This document shows positions 13,659 through 26,502 of a stretch of DNA of 64,000 bases, one piece after another. The notes beneath the pieces are model-generated. The model did no database searches. It was given only the letters and a program-made list of their open reading frames with translations, and was not told the origin of the DNA. This DNA comes from Nemertoderma westbladi. Taxonomy: Eukaryota; Animalia; Xenacoelomorpha. The stretch covers positions 1-64,000 of the forward strand of contig JAUCBJ010004480.1 of the NCBI GenBank assembly GCA_032718475.1, given 5' to 3'. The translations under genes were made by a program, and so were the position numbers. Every line of letters begins with the position of its first letter. The stretch's first letter is position 1.

Positions 13659-13859
13659 TGCTGCCACAAGTGACGCGATGGCGACGGAATACCGCTAGCA
13701 CAGTGCAGGAGAACTGCACAGACCCAGAATATATAGCTTTAGAGAATCAACATAATCAAAACCCTGTATCCTGGGCTGAAACCTGCTGTTATGAGCTGAC
13801 ATCTATTCCGATTCTATGGGCATTCATCCATGCTTTCTTTACATTTGTGCTATTTGTAT
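13659..13859 (+). CDS. SLC24A: SLC24/NCKX exchanger exon (extracellular loop and start of TM1)
   Basis: Acceptor ccttttag| and donor gtat|gtaagt. Encodes LPQVTRWRRNT...WAFIHAFFTFVLFV. Its phase-1 end (T) plus CT of exon 44517 gives [12 protein letters not shown], matching the NCKX H-x7-F-x2-LAIVCDDYF pattern. Confidence 0.8.
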
Positions 13860-13984
13860 GTAAGTGAAGAATATATAACATATATTATACTAGAAGATTG
13901 TATATGCAAGTATAGTATATTATATTATAATAATTAACGAAATCATTAAAAGCAGCAGCTTGGCCTAGTGGTGATATTCCTGGG

Positions 13985-15535
13985 CTTCCAGATAAACGGT
14001 TGTCAGAAAGCCAATCAGCGACATTACATAGTTCCGAGTTAGAGTTAGAGACAAGGGTAGGTCTAGTGTTGTGAAGTGTTGTGTCATCTGCAAACAATGT
14101 AGAAATAAGAGAGGTAGCATTAGGGAGTTCGTTAATATACAGTAGAAATATGATTGGCGAAATAGTGGCTCCTTGTGGGACACCACACGTAATAGGTAGA
14201 CTAGAAAAATATATGTTACAAATAGAGACAAATTGGGTTCTAGAATATAGAAAGCTTGAGAGTAGTTGTTGCGGGATTCCCCGGATCCTATAGGAGTCAA
14301 GCTTAGAGATTATAATAGAGTGATCGATAGTGTCGAAAGCCTTTTTTAGATCGATGTATTTAGCTAGTAGTATTGTAGTAGTATAGTAGTGTATTTAGCA
14401 CTAGTGTCGAGTTTCTGATCTAAGTATTTGTGGATATATTCTACAACGGGTAGCAGGGCGTCACATAGATTTAGGGCTGAAGACAAATTAAGAACTGTAT
14501 AATATTGAATAATTGTTAAGGTAAGAAAGTAGTTGTTTATTAATTAATAATGGTTTCATTGTTTACTTAAGATAGGCAATAGAGAAAATGGATGGTAATT
14601 ATTCATATCAGAAACGTGGGCACTTTTAAAGATGGGTATGACATCTGCAGATTTAAGAGCATTGTGATAAAAACGTTGAAAAATAGATAGGTTGATTAGG
14701 TAAGATAAGTGGGTAGATAATAGTTTAGCAGACTGCAGTAATAGTGTGATGGAGAATGGGGAAGCTATCATTAGATGAGGTTTTGGGATCTAGTTGAAGG
14801 ATCAGATACTTAACTTCGACAGGGGATGTTTCTACCAGTAAAAAATGAGTTAGAACGAGTTTGGTTAATGCGTAGTAGGTAGCAGTTAGATTTGAGAATA
14901 TTATTACAAGCTTAGATCCTATAGCAGTAAAGAGCAGGTCGGAGGTCTTCGCAATTAGCTTTGGTTCGGTGATAATTTCAATAGAATTGTCAGTTCTAAT
15001 AGTTAGTTTTTTAGGAATGTTTAAATTTTTAGTACTGGTAAAGTTGCCACGTGTAAACAGCGATTAAATTAAGTTGCTCCAAAAACAGTTGCTGGTTGCT
15101 CTAAAAGTTGCCACGTGTAAACAGGCCTTAAGTTCGTTAAGTGTTAGATCCAGTAATTCTAGAAAATCTGGAGGAAGTACCGAAAGCCTATGGTAAATAG
15201 TGCCAACAATTAATGGTTTAGCATTTGGAGTTCTTTTGATTCGCACCAAAGAATTTTCATGGCCATTCATTTGTAAGTCCGAACGTGGAGAAACATCTAG
15301 GGATTCCTTAACGTAGATTGCAGTTCCACCTCGGTTTAGTTTATCACCTGTTTTCCAAAAATCTATATAGGGATTATGAAAACCAGGGAAGGCTATTTCG
15401 TCAAAATTTATATTTTTATCGAGGAAGGTTTCAGAAAATGTGATAATATCAAATTTAGTGGATAATGATAGAAGAAATATATCAATGTCAGATTTGTTTT
15501 TTTGGTTTCCGCTGCGGGCATTCAGATGAAATATT
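13985..15535 (-). mobile_element. Decayed L2/CR1-group LINE (APE endonuclease + RT)
   Basis: Endonuclease motifs FHLNARS, DIITFSETFL, GGTAIYV and IVGTIYH. RT motifs VIPIFKS..NYHPFSLLPILSK, IDLKKAFDTIDH, CGVPQG and MFADDTTL. Many frameshifts and deletions. Confidence 0.85.
15033..15128 (-). mobile_element. One end of the Harbinger-type MITE family seen at 2855
   Basis: Reverse complement of the first ~110 bp of the 2855 element, ending AAACAGGCCT|TAA. Confidence 0.8.
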
Positions 15536-17346
15536 TAAATGGATGATATGTCTAAATTTTGAAAGTCACTGTTAAACTTATCTTTTGTGAAATACTGTAG
15601 CCTTTATGTATATTAAGGGTATCAGTAGTAGCTTTCAAACTCGCAGTGTTGTAGTGTTTAGTTAAGTGGGCCTCAATGTCGACCACTGGTAGGGGAGACT
15701 GTCGATTAATTATTATCCTTAAGGAAAACTTTATAAAGAAATGAGCCATTAAAAATAAATTGAGTGGTTGGGGGTTATAGGGTTCCCCTACTGCCGGTAC
15801 TTCCTTCAAGGTAAAAGTGAACGAAATAACAAACCTCCTACTCCTTGTACACAGTAGTTCCACGAACATGAAGTCCTTGATAGATTTCTGCTGTTTCATG
15901 GAGATATGAAAACAGAAGACGGCTTAGCTTAATTCAATATTCTGAGTTCTAAATGCAAAGGAAGTGAAAGTGACCACCATGTTGTCAACATATTTCCATT
16001 GTCCCGTAGTACTTTGTTACTAGAAAACCAACATGAGGTTTTATGTTCTCCGCCGTTTTCTGTTCTCTGCAAATTTAACATCTGTGGGGGGGGGGGGGGG
16101 GGGGGGTTATCCTAACTGCCAATTCAAATTTGTGTAATGTCCTGGTCTCATGTTTTTTTTTCGTAATTTTTGACCTGTCAGAAAACTGTACTCATTAAGA
16201 GTACGGGGATAACAGGGGAGTGTGCATACCAATGCAAACCAATATGTATGCTAAGGGAGATGAATTGCCTTTGATAGGTATGTGAGAGTACAGTACATTG
16301 ATTGGGACATACTGTACACTCAGAAATACAAAACATAATAATATTGACATAAAGAAAATGTCTAAAAGTGGTTTCTATTAAAACCAAATGATTTCCAAAT
16401 AAAACCAACTTATTTCTGAATAAGTTGATCCACTGGCGGTGACATAGATAGACATACCGCAAGTTAACAACTTATTAATATTTATTTACTATGGCAGCTC
16501 AAAATATGAGTCAAGGTCACACATTAGGTGCTAGGATTTCTGTGCTGAGCTTATTCCATCTTTCAGCATTATGGGAAATACCATTGTAATGATGACCTTG
16601 CATCTTGCTGATTACCATCCTGGTTTGGTGTGAGAAACAAAGCTATGGATAATCGGACAATCAGAATATGAAATGTCAAAACTTGAAGTATCCCTGTTAT
16701 GGTTGAATATGGATTAACAAATTGCACCACATATCAGCTCCTCCACTCTGATGTACAGTGTACATTCCCCAGAAGAGCAAGGAAGAAAGTTATCTACCAA
16801 TATTTGGATAAGTATCATCCATGAAATGGCTGGCTATAGCTGAAAATTAAAACACCCATTATTACCAGGAATAATTTGTCTTGAATATTATAAATAACAA
16901 AAATTTTTTGTATGTGCATGTGGCGCGCATGCGTTCTGGTCCACCCTATTGTTCATCCCACCAGAGACAATAGATTATAGATAGTGCAATGTGTCATAAG
17001 GTATAGCTACAATGTAGATAATAACGTAGAACTAAAAACGTGTGGCTGGTGTGATTGTTTTGGACAGCAAATTCACAAGGATAAGATTCCAAGACATAAA
17101 TTATCAATTCAATATTGAATAATGCGAAAAGTTCTCAAAAATTTACAGATATGTATCTGGTTTCTCAATTAACCTGAACACCGAAATGCCAATCTATCTC
17201 ACTTCATTGTATGTGGTAATGTGAAAATTGCAATATTTATTTTTGAACTTTACCAATGGTCTGGTCATTCCAAACTATAACTACAGTATAGCATAATACA
17301 ATATTGAATTTTAGATTATATATAAGAGTATTATATATATTTGCAG

Positions 17347-17520
17347 AGTTGTTAAAAAAATTAACAAAACCGAGATCGTCACCAATGCCAAAAAATAACA
17401 AACATTATACTGTAATGCGATAATAATTGTAATAATATTACATTGTTGTCGATCTCGGTTTTATTTAATTTTTTAACGATTCTTCACACCCCGTTATACC
17501 TAGAAACCGGATCTAACTCT
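17347..17520. repeat. ~42-bp inverted repeat, possibly a Penelope-like terminal repeat remnant
   Basis: GAGTTGTTAAAAAAATTAACAAAACCGAGATCGTCACCAATG pairs with CATTGTTGTCGATCTCGGTTTTATTTAATTTTTTAACGATTC. Related pieces occur at ~23345-23512 and ~24585-24650. The Penelope assignment is inference. Confidence 0.45.
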
Positions 17521-18654
17521 CTGTTGTTTGTAAACTGTCCCTTTATAAAATAACAATAAATTAAATTATTATATATATGCATATATATGAATTAATAGGG
17601 CTTTTGCAATTCTGTTTCCCGTACCACCAGGCAAGTAGATCTGCCTTGTTGCTTACAGTTCTTTTGCAACAGTTGCTTGGAATGAATGCATTGAATACAA
17701 CCCATTTCATTCGAATTTGGAGGCTAATCCCATGTTTTATGCTAAATGGATGGATATTTTAATGACATGTAACAAATTAGCAACATTGATCAATTAATGA
17801 ATAGTAAATGAGGTATCCGTCCAGGGTAACGCGTATGTCCATTTCACTCTTTTAGTATTCACTATCAACCTCTTCTTGTCAGTTGGTTTAATTACAGTTA
17901 CCATGTCATCATGCTCGGTACGTGATAATGCAACTGTAATTACACCATGCGATGTCCCTGAATATGTCCAGAAATGTAAAAATATAAACAATCACATCGC
18001 GGAGGTTTGAACCAGTGCTATATGCGTTTCGGCCTATTAGGTCTCATCAGTAACGCTAACCAGTTCAGCCACTTTCTCCTGATACATACATTCTTACTTG
18101 TATTTTTTCTGGGTCCAACGAGTGTTCAGTTGACGAAAACAGTCAGAATAAGAATAATGTCCGAGCGGACATCGTGGGTTCAATTTTTGACTCTGTCACA
18201 TTCAGACCTTCGTCCTGAGTATGTAGTAACTGTAGCACTGTGTCTGTATCTAAGCACTGTACTTTATATAAGACAAAAGTTCGAAGGGGCCAAAGGCAAC
18301 AAAGTTTAGTTGTTTATTATCCCTTGACAAAGGTATGACCAAAGGTATGTCCGGAATTTCCCAGCAGCTTAATTAACAACTAGAACTATGGAACTACTGT
18401 ACCATGGATATACTGGGTATATCTCTAATAGTATTGAGGGATGATCTAGAACATTTAATAGCCTGAAGTAAAGTATAATGTATTAGTACAGATACTGTTT
18501 CTTAAATTGGATTATAATCTTCGTGCCATAATATTTATTGACTCTTTATGCCCCTCTCGCTACTCGACTTTACCTCGCTCATCCTTACTGTCCGCTATTG
18601 GTATCGTAGGCCTATACTGCAGTAGTGCCTACCGATCTTTGAGTTTCTACTTTC

Positions 18655-18716
18655 CGTGTTGCGCTGTCAGTCAGAGAGGTAACAGCCTGTGGGGTAAGGA
18701 TTTACCTCTGGGACCT
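18655..18716 (+). repeat. Dispersed repeat (second copy inverted at 21447-21510)
   Basis: GTTGCGCTGTCAGTCAGAGAGGTAACAGCC-TGGGGTAAGGATTTACC is shared by both copies. Confidence 0.75.
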
Positions 18717-19224
18717 GTATTAGGCAAAATAGCAGTAGCTGTGTAGGCCCACCAGTACTGTGCACGGTACAAGACCCGAAATTTAGCCTACATCTGTAAA
18801 TAATACACGGTTTCGCGGTACAAGACCATATAAATTAGACCACCATCTGTAAAATGCTCGCGTGAGTTCAGGAGTTGCACAGATGTCAGGATGTGCTGAT
18901 TCTATATCATGCACTAGGCCTAACGGATTCTGGTAGCCTGGAACTAGACCACCTGACCACTACAAAAACTGATGCGACAGAGCGAGGTGCCGTTAGCCTA
19001 ACATTTCTCGGAGGCTGGTCCGATAACACTCAACGCATTGTTTGGTTGGACATTGACATTACCGGTATTGCATTACAGTGTACATTACTGCATTATTACA
19101 TACGGATTAGTATGGATTGAGAAATTGGATATATTTGACGTCAATGGAGGTTTGGTTTGAGAAATTAATACAGTAATATCACGTAGGCCTACCTAATCAT
19201 ATCTTTGCGTTAATTATTACTAGA

Positions 19225-19552
19225 TCCACTGGCCCCCAGCCACCTTCAACAAACCATCATTGCCGAGGGGCACTCAGCTAAGGGGGCGGAGCGCATTAAA
19301 AACTCTAAGTATCGCGACCTAATGGACCGGGGCCATTTATTTCACCCCGTGGCCTTTGAGACCTTTGGCCGCCCTGGTCCAGAGACATCCACCTTCCTCC
19401 GGGAGATCGGGGCTCGTCTCCACAGTGCCACCCACGAACCGCGGTCACACCAGTTTCTGCTCCAACGCCTGGAGATGGCAATTTTGGTTGGTAATGCAGC
19501 CTCAGTCATGGGGACAGCAACCACGCCGACCATCGGTCTATTCGGGGACTGA
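19225..19552 (+). mobile_element. 3' fragment of a CRE-like (restriction-like endonuclease) non-LTR retrotransposon
   Basis: GC-rich island encoding DPLAPSHL...AERIKNSKYRDL...FHPVAFETFGRPG...QRLEMAILVGNAASVMGT, the typical RLE-domain C-terminus. Confidence 0.75.
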
Positions 19553-19639
19553 AGAGCCGAAACCAATCGAAACTGTCGAAATGGTTGCCAATGCAGTCAC
19601 CAACGGGATGACGGCCGAAGACTATTCAATACTCTATCT

Positions 19640-19835
19640 TATGCAATCTCAAATATTCAATGTTCGATCCCTAGATGGAGCAGTACTGTTTGGGCACAGT
19701 GCTTTAAATGCTGCAGCCTAGCCCAACCCCGGCTTTTATCCTTCAGTGGTCGATTGGGAACCAAGGCAACTTGGGAAACAGAGTGGAAGGGTTTACTGTG
19801 AAAGATCACCCATGGTGGTGAACAGGCATTCCTTG
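19640..19835 (+). mobile_element. tRNA-derived SINE
   Basis: B-box GTTCGATCC followed by the body CTTTAAATGCTGCAG...GGTCGAT...AAACAGAGTGGAAGGGTTTACTGTG. A homologous inverted copy lies at 28540-28990. Confidence 0.6.
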
Positions 19836-20802
19836 GCTTAACGAGCCTAAAAGATTCTCCCATTCAAATATTCAATTCGGTACTGTACCTTCAATTAAAT
19901 ATTCAATCTTAGTATTATTTCTGTGCTTCGTTATTTAATAATGTGATTAGATAAAAAAAATAAATTAATGAAATATAATTCATCTGTTAATTATTACAAA
20001 AAAAAATCCAACATTATATTAACATTTATATAGTTTTGAATTAAATGTTTCGAAATCAACAGTCATTCAATGAACTTATACAGCAGTGTCATATATCGCG
20101 TATCCCTTGGCTGCTTGGTTTAATCACTATTCTTTATTCAAGTATAACTGAATCCTGGCCCGGCGCCTTCACCCTCCACTGATAATTTAAATCGTAACTT
20201 ATTCAATCTTTGACTAAATTATACCAAACTTGGTAAACATGTAATCTTGTCTATCGGCTAAAATAAACACAACTTGCTAAAGTTTCCCCTATAATGTTTT
20301 TTCCTATAGAACAGGATGCAGTTTTATTTTAGTAGTAAACAAGCTGTTATTTGCGTCGATTTTCACCTGGAGAGGGAAGAATATTGATTGCCCCCCCCCC
20401 CCCCCCCCCCCCTGCAGTTAAGTAAGTGAAAATATTTCGGCACCATTTAATTTTATTATCACGGTCGCACATCAAGTAGTCTGTCAAAAGATACAATTCA
20501 TTATAAACATAACAAAATTAATTATAATAATTCTAAAAATATAAGGCAGATCTTCCTAAAGTTAGCTCTTTAGTCTTTAGCAATCTTATACATTGACAAG
20601 ACTTATAAAATAATTGATGTTGAATAATTTATTATTAAGATTAAAATATATTATTAGGAATTCGAAGAAAGCAAATTGTATTGAGTTAGTATTGGCAAGT
20701 TAATCTCACAAACCAGTCTAGTCTAACTTTAGAGTAGCCTTGTTCGCATTGTTCCAGGTTTAGGCCTATAGATTCCACCGTCTTCGTTCCAGGTTTAATT
20801 CT

Positions 20803-21106
20803 GTAATAGACTCCGTTATCCGTCTCGATCGCTTCGCTATGCACCATCTTACTGGGTTTAATAAACTCCATCGCCTTCCTGTCGTTCTCTGTTTTGTAGA
20901 TTACTTCGCCATCGTCTGATCGCTTTGGTTGCGTGTTTAATACTGTAATAGACTCCGTTATCCGTCTCGATCGCTTCGCTATGCACATCTTACTGGGTTT
21001 AATTAACTCAGAAACTCCATCGCCTTCCTGTCGTTCTCTGTTTTGTAGATTACTTCGCCATCATCTGATCGCTTTGGTTGCGTGTTTAATACTGTAATAG
21101 ACTCCG
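20803..21106. repeat. Tandem duplication of ~140-150 bp
   Basis: TGTAATAGACTCCGTTATCCGTCTCGATCGCTTCGC...TTGGTTGCGTGTTTAATAC occurs twice, with small indels. Confidence 0.9.
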
Positions 21107-23534
21107 CCGCCATCGTATCGTTCTGGATACATTGAATAGACTCCATCAGTCCATTGTCCATCGCGATCGTTTCATTGTTACGTTTAATTGACTCCGTCGC
21201 CTCCTCGGATTAGGAATCCGGCCGGGTTTCGTAGATTCCGCCATCGTTCAGCAGTTCAGTGTTTTTAATCAAAGCCAGAATTCCGGCACCGGCACCACGA
21301 TCAACGATTTCGGAAGTAACAGACTCCGTCAACAACACTCGGGGTTTAAAAAATACAACTATCGGGCAACTTGTAACTGGGCGATCATCTATCTGATAGT
21401 TGAAAAAGACTGTCTGACAGTTGGTATCAGACTATCTGATAGTTAGCGCCCCATGGGTAAATCCTTACCCCATGGGCTGTTACCTCTCTGACTGACAGCG
21501 CAACAGCCCCTATAGCTGAATGTACTTCGAATGTCACTTGACCCACATAATATAGGTGGGGTGGAGGAATGGAAATACAACCTGCCCTTGGTAGTAGAAG
21601 TAGTAGTGGACAACCACGGGTGCTGCTGTTTTTTATTCATTTAATGTAAATCAATTAAATCCAGTTTTTATGGCAGTCCCTCTTGGGCCATTACTGTAGA
21701 AGGCACCTGATCCCTTGATGCCTAGAATTGCCAAAACCATGTACTGCACTGCAGGCACTGCCGATGAGATTTACCGTCCACTGTTATTGCAGTACTGATG
21801 GTTGTCCTTGTCAGCCCTTTCAGCCATATTCCTGAACCATTGACATTCCATAATCGGTTAATTAATAATGATATTGATGATCTATTTAACCATTTAAAAT
21901 TATTTAAAATCAATTTACTTAGATTCTTAGTAAATCTTATCTTATCCCCATTCTGTGTCAGACCTTCATACTGGTGTTTTGGACCTTAGTCTTGAGTTCT
22001 AGAAGGTATTTTGTTAGTACTAATAATCCTTGGGGTCTACTGTCCGTAGGGATATCATCATTACTATGGGATAAACGGGTAAAAATGGATATCCCCTGGG
22101 GGGGGGGGTGGTCTGATAAAGCTGCGCGTAGGCCCCACGTCGTTTAGTTCATATGTCCTGGCGGATTAGAGTGTGAATATTTCCCTGCTCAAAGATTGGA
22201 TTTAAGGAGATCTCTGGTGGGAGAAGTTGCTGTTTACCCTTCATATGTATAGTATACCTGATGATGTCAATGCTTTTAGGATATGGGTTTAGTATAGAGG
22301 TACTCAGGTACTGTAATTGAAAGTCCCTGTGGATTATAATAAACATAATCCTCCCATTTCATTCCACTCTTGTCAATTATTCATAATTTTTTTAAGTGAC
22401 GCTTAGCATTGACTTTCGAAGTGTTCAATTCAACTGTGTTGCTACGGTAACTATATAATTACTTGTAAATTTCCATGAATTATGAATGGCATTCTTGTTG
22501 AATCTACTGTACTCTAATACTGTATGTAGCCTTGTGTGAGCCAAATTGGCCGATATATAACCAGAGGTGACAGTTTGCCTTGTTAGGGCTGAGCTATCAC
22601 GATAAAATGCGTGAGATTGATAGTCAAAGTCCAAGTAATATCTTATTCAGAATGTTGATGCATGCTTCCTGCGATGTCAAACCTGTCAGCCTGTGACAAT
22701 GCCAAGGAAACTTAATTGGTTGTCTTTGCTTTGAATCGAATGGCCATAAAAATTTTCTTTTAAAGCAAATTATCATTGGGAGGGGTGGGCGGGGGGGGGG
22801 GGGGGGTATTAGTATTGATTGATGTATTTATCATCTAGGAGGCATCGGCCACCGCCACTGTAACTGGAAACAATCGTCATCAGCCATGTAAATCACTAAT
22901 CATCTACATACTATAGGCTCTACTGCCCAGATGTAGCGATGATCTTCGGTGAAGGTATAATTTTGGATGCATTTGATACCCTTTATAGTATATTTAAAAC
23001 AAAACCTCTATCGAATTCAGAATTTTTTAAACCAAATCCTGGATCAAGAATTTTAAGTAGCAAAAGTGTTCTACTGGTCTACACGACTAACAAAGCTATC
23101 CAACGACTGAACTCACTGACAATCGACGAAAGTTAGGGGGTTATAAATTTAAAAGTACTTCCAAGGTACTTCCAGGCAATCTGCCCTTTCTGCAGCATAA
23201 CCAAAAATGAACATAGGGGCTGCCTATTCTAGGCTGATGAGTGCTCTTTTACACACCACCTTAAAACCCAGACTATTCGACTATTCGTGGTTTTCCTCTA
23301 CATCTAAAGCATATGTTCGTTGTATTTCAACCATATTATATATAAACCGATTCCATATCCCACTGACTTTGACTTGCCCACTCTATAATCTACATATTAT
23401 ATAATATAAAATTTATGAATAAAATTGTGACGAAACCAAGATCAACAACGTTTTTATAAAAATATAACAAATTACACAAACTTTCGAAATAATATGAGAT
23501 CTCTTTTTCAGGTTATTTATAATAAAATAAAATA

Positions 23535-24472
23535 AATATATATTATATTTTTATTTATTTAATTATTTAATATTATATTATATTTTTATTTATTTATTTA
23601 TTTAATTATTTAATATTATATTATATTTTTATTTAATTATTTAATATTATATTATATTTTTATTTAATTAATTATTTAATATTATATTATATTTTTATTT
23701 ATTTAATTATTTAATATTATATTATATTTTTATTTATTTAATTATTTAATATTATATTATATTTTTATTTATTTAATTATTTAATATCATATTATATTTT
23801 TATTTATTTAATTATTTAATATTATATTATATTTGTATTTATTTAATTATTTTCATATTCATATATATTCATATTCAACACCAAGGGATGAGGGAAAGGG
23901 GCCTCGCGTGTGCTTTGGGGGGTGTCCGGCGGCGCCTTCAATTCGCCCTCCTCCGGTCCAGTTCCCTCTGCCTCCGAGGCGGACGACGATCATGGCGCGG
24001 TTTGGGGTTCGGGGATGGTGCGGGTCTGCGAGGTCACGACATCCCCGCGCAGTATTGACCGGCTGCTTCGGCTCTTCATCAACAACGCATCGGCTCTTAA
24101 CTTCAAGAAACAACTGGACGCGCTCTACACAACTGTATAAATAAATATTACTATTACTCTATAAATATTAACTCAACATCAATTTGCAATATTTATTGTT
24201 AACTATTATTGGTATTGGCATTGCAATTAAATGCTATTATAATTAATATTAATAAAGGTTATTTGTTATAAAAAAAAATTATTTAATATTATATTATATT
24301 TTTATTTATTTAATTATTTAATATTATATTATATTTTTATTTATTTAATTATTTAATATTATATTATATTTTTATTTATTTAATTATTTAATATTATATT
24401 ATATTTTTATTTATTTAATTATTTAATATTATATTATATTTTTATTTATTTAATTATTTAATATTATATTAT
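23535..24472. repeat. Nearly pure A/T 35-bp minisatellite interrupted by an insertion at ~23846-24278
   Basis: Unit ATTATTTAATATTATATTATATTTTTATTTATTTA on both sides of the insert. Confidence 0.9.
23846..24278 (+). mobile_element. 5'-truncated polyadenylated retro-insertion (LINE-like 3' end)
   Basis: GC-rich segment ending ...ASALNFKKQLDALYTTV*, then an AT-rich UTR, AATAAA at 24251 and A9 at 24270-24278. Confidence 0.6.
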
Positions 24473-25083
24473 TTCTAATGCTAGTATAATATGTTATAGT
24501 TTTATAGTAACCTGGTTGAATAAATTGAATAAAATAAAATAACTTTGTTTCCTCACAATTTTCTTAATATATTTAATTATTGTAACCGGATCCTACATAC
24601 ATCCCAACGGCTTTGACTTGCCCAATTTATAGTCTATAAATATAATATATATATATTTTTTTTATTTTATATTTGTAAGCGTAAAATAATAAATAAATAA
24701 AATATTATTTTAAATAAACCTAGATCGACCTCAGAAAAAATTCATATATTACTTCATATATCCAAATTCATATATTTTATTTTATATATTATATATATAT
24801 ATAATAACGTATGACTTATTAAATAAAGTCATATGTTGTTTCCCGTCAAAATATAATTAATATATACGGTTGTCATCAAGCAGCATCGTATTTCACACAA
24901 GCTCGAGTTACACTGCTAAATACGCGTCAGAGAAAGACTAAAGTCGATTCGAGAAACTGAAGTGAAATTTTATTTTACACCAATATGTCATTTTATATTA
25001 ACGTGTTGACGCTTTCGTGTCATATATTCACATATATCACATACTGTATATGTCATATTTACATACAGTAGTACAGTCATGTT

Positions 25084-25312
25084 CGGATGTAGGACAATTC
25101 GGTCCCGGACAATTCGGTCCCGGACAATTCGGTCCCGGACAATTCGGTCCCGGACAATTCGGTCCCGGACAATTCGGTCCCGGACAATTCGGTCCCAAAA
25201 CACTAAATAAATGGGACCGAATTGTCCGGGACCGAATTGTCCGGGACCGAATTGTCCTAGGACCGAATTGTCCTAGGACCGAATTGTCCGGGACCGAATT
25301 GTCCTGCTTCCG
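25084..25312. mobile_element. Fold-back MITE with inverted arrays of a 15-bp repeat
   Basis: Left arm CGGATGTA(GGACAATTCGGTCCC)7 and right arm (GGGACCGAATTGTCC)6TGCTTCCG. A 7-bp TSD TCATGTT lies at 25077-25083 and 25313-25319. Confidence 0.9.
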
Positions 25313-25639
25313 TCATGTTAATACTGCCGAACCGGTACCAGGAGCTGCATACCCATAAATCATGTGCAGAATACTGAAACAAACAAACCCGTATGATCAT
25401 GTTAAATATTTATTGGACTGAGCGCTCCCATTGACTCTACCGGCACGGGTAAGTAGAGAGTGCATGACACCATGTAGACAGCATGAGACTAGAATAAAGT
25501 GTTATCACGATGAAATATAAAGTACTGCGTGCATTACTCAGGATTTATTTTCCATTATTTCACTCTGTTGTTGCTGACTTGAAAATCTATAATAAGTATT
25601 AGCCAAATAACTAATATATAAAATTTACATTCTGGTATG

Positions 25640-26502
25640 TTTTGACATCTTTGTCAAAACACAATGTCAAAGTCATTGCTGGTGACATGAATGCGCAAAT
25701 TGGCCCAGAAAACATCAGGGTTTACCTATAACACCAGTTGAATGTGGAAGAATGTGAATTGATACCAACAAACACGACATTCACTTTCAATTCTATTCTA
25801 TGGACCTATCAATACCCTAATGTAACCAAAGCGCAGCTGGATTACATTCTTATACACAAAAAGGGACACAAATAGGGGAAACGACATGATTAACTGCCAG
25901 GCATACAGCTCGTTCAACCTAAATGGTTCTGACCACAGAATCGTGACTGTAGAGATCAGACTCAGTTTGAGAGCCAGCAAACCCAGGACAAGCAAGCAAA
26001 TCAACTATGACTGGGAGAAACTCAGAACTGACAATGCAGTAAAGGATGCTTACACAGTAGAAGTTCAAAACCGCTTTAAAGTACTTCAGTCAAGTCGATG
26101 AAGACCAGTCTACCAGTCTACTTATAATAAAAGCCCAGAAGGAATAAGGGCCAACAACGATAAACATCAACAAGGTTGAGTAAGCCAAGGAAGATCTTAA
26201 AGTGGCCTACAACATCGCCAGGAGAAGTACATACAGGATAAAATTTGAGAAATTACAACTGCTCACAAACGGCAACAATCAAGGAGACTTACGTGGCAAT
26301 CTGTGAGGTATCTGGCCGGAAAACTTGTGCTAATGGGCGCCTCAAAGCTGATACACCAAACGTATCTACTTTTCTGGCAACCAAGACATGAAAAGGCCGA
26401 CCGGTTATAACATATATAGACCAATTTAAAGTGATCTGAATTGAAACGAAATTGCGACAACTATGGAGAATCGGGAATCCTGGAAGGATCTCATTTCCAC
26501 TA
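25640..26502 (+). mobile_element. Internally deleted RTE-clade element (same family as 32294-34206)
   Basis: Endonuclease motifs VIAGDMNAQIG, QLDYIL and SDHRIV. 26150-26360 matches the reverse complement of ~33920-34130, and 26360-26500 matches that of ~32325-32480. Confidence 0.85.

Noticed and set aside
24988-25358. (GQFGP)n / (RDRIV)n structural repeat protein
   Set aside because: Artefact of the 15-bp repeats of a palindromic MITE bounded by a TSD.
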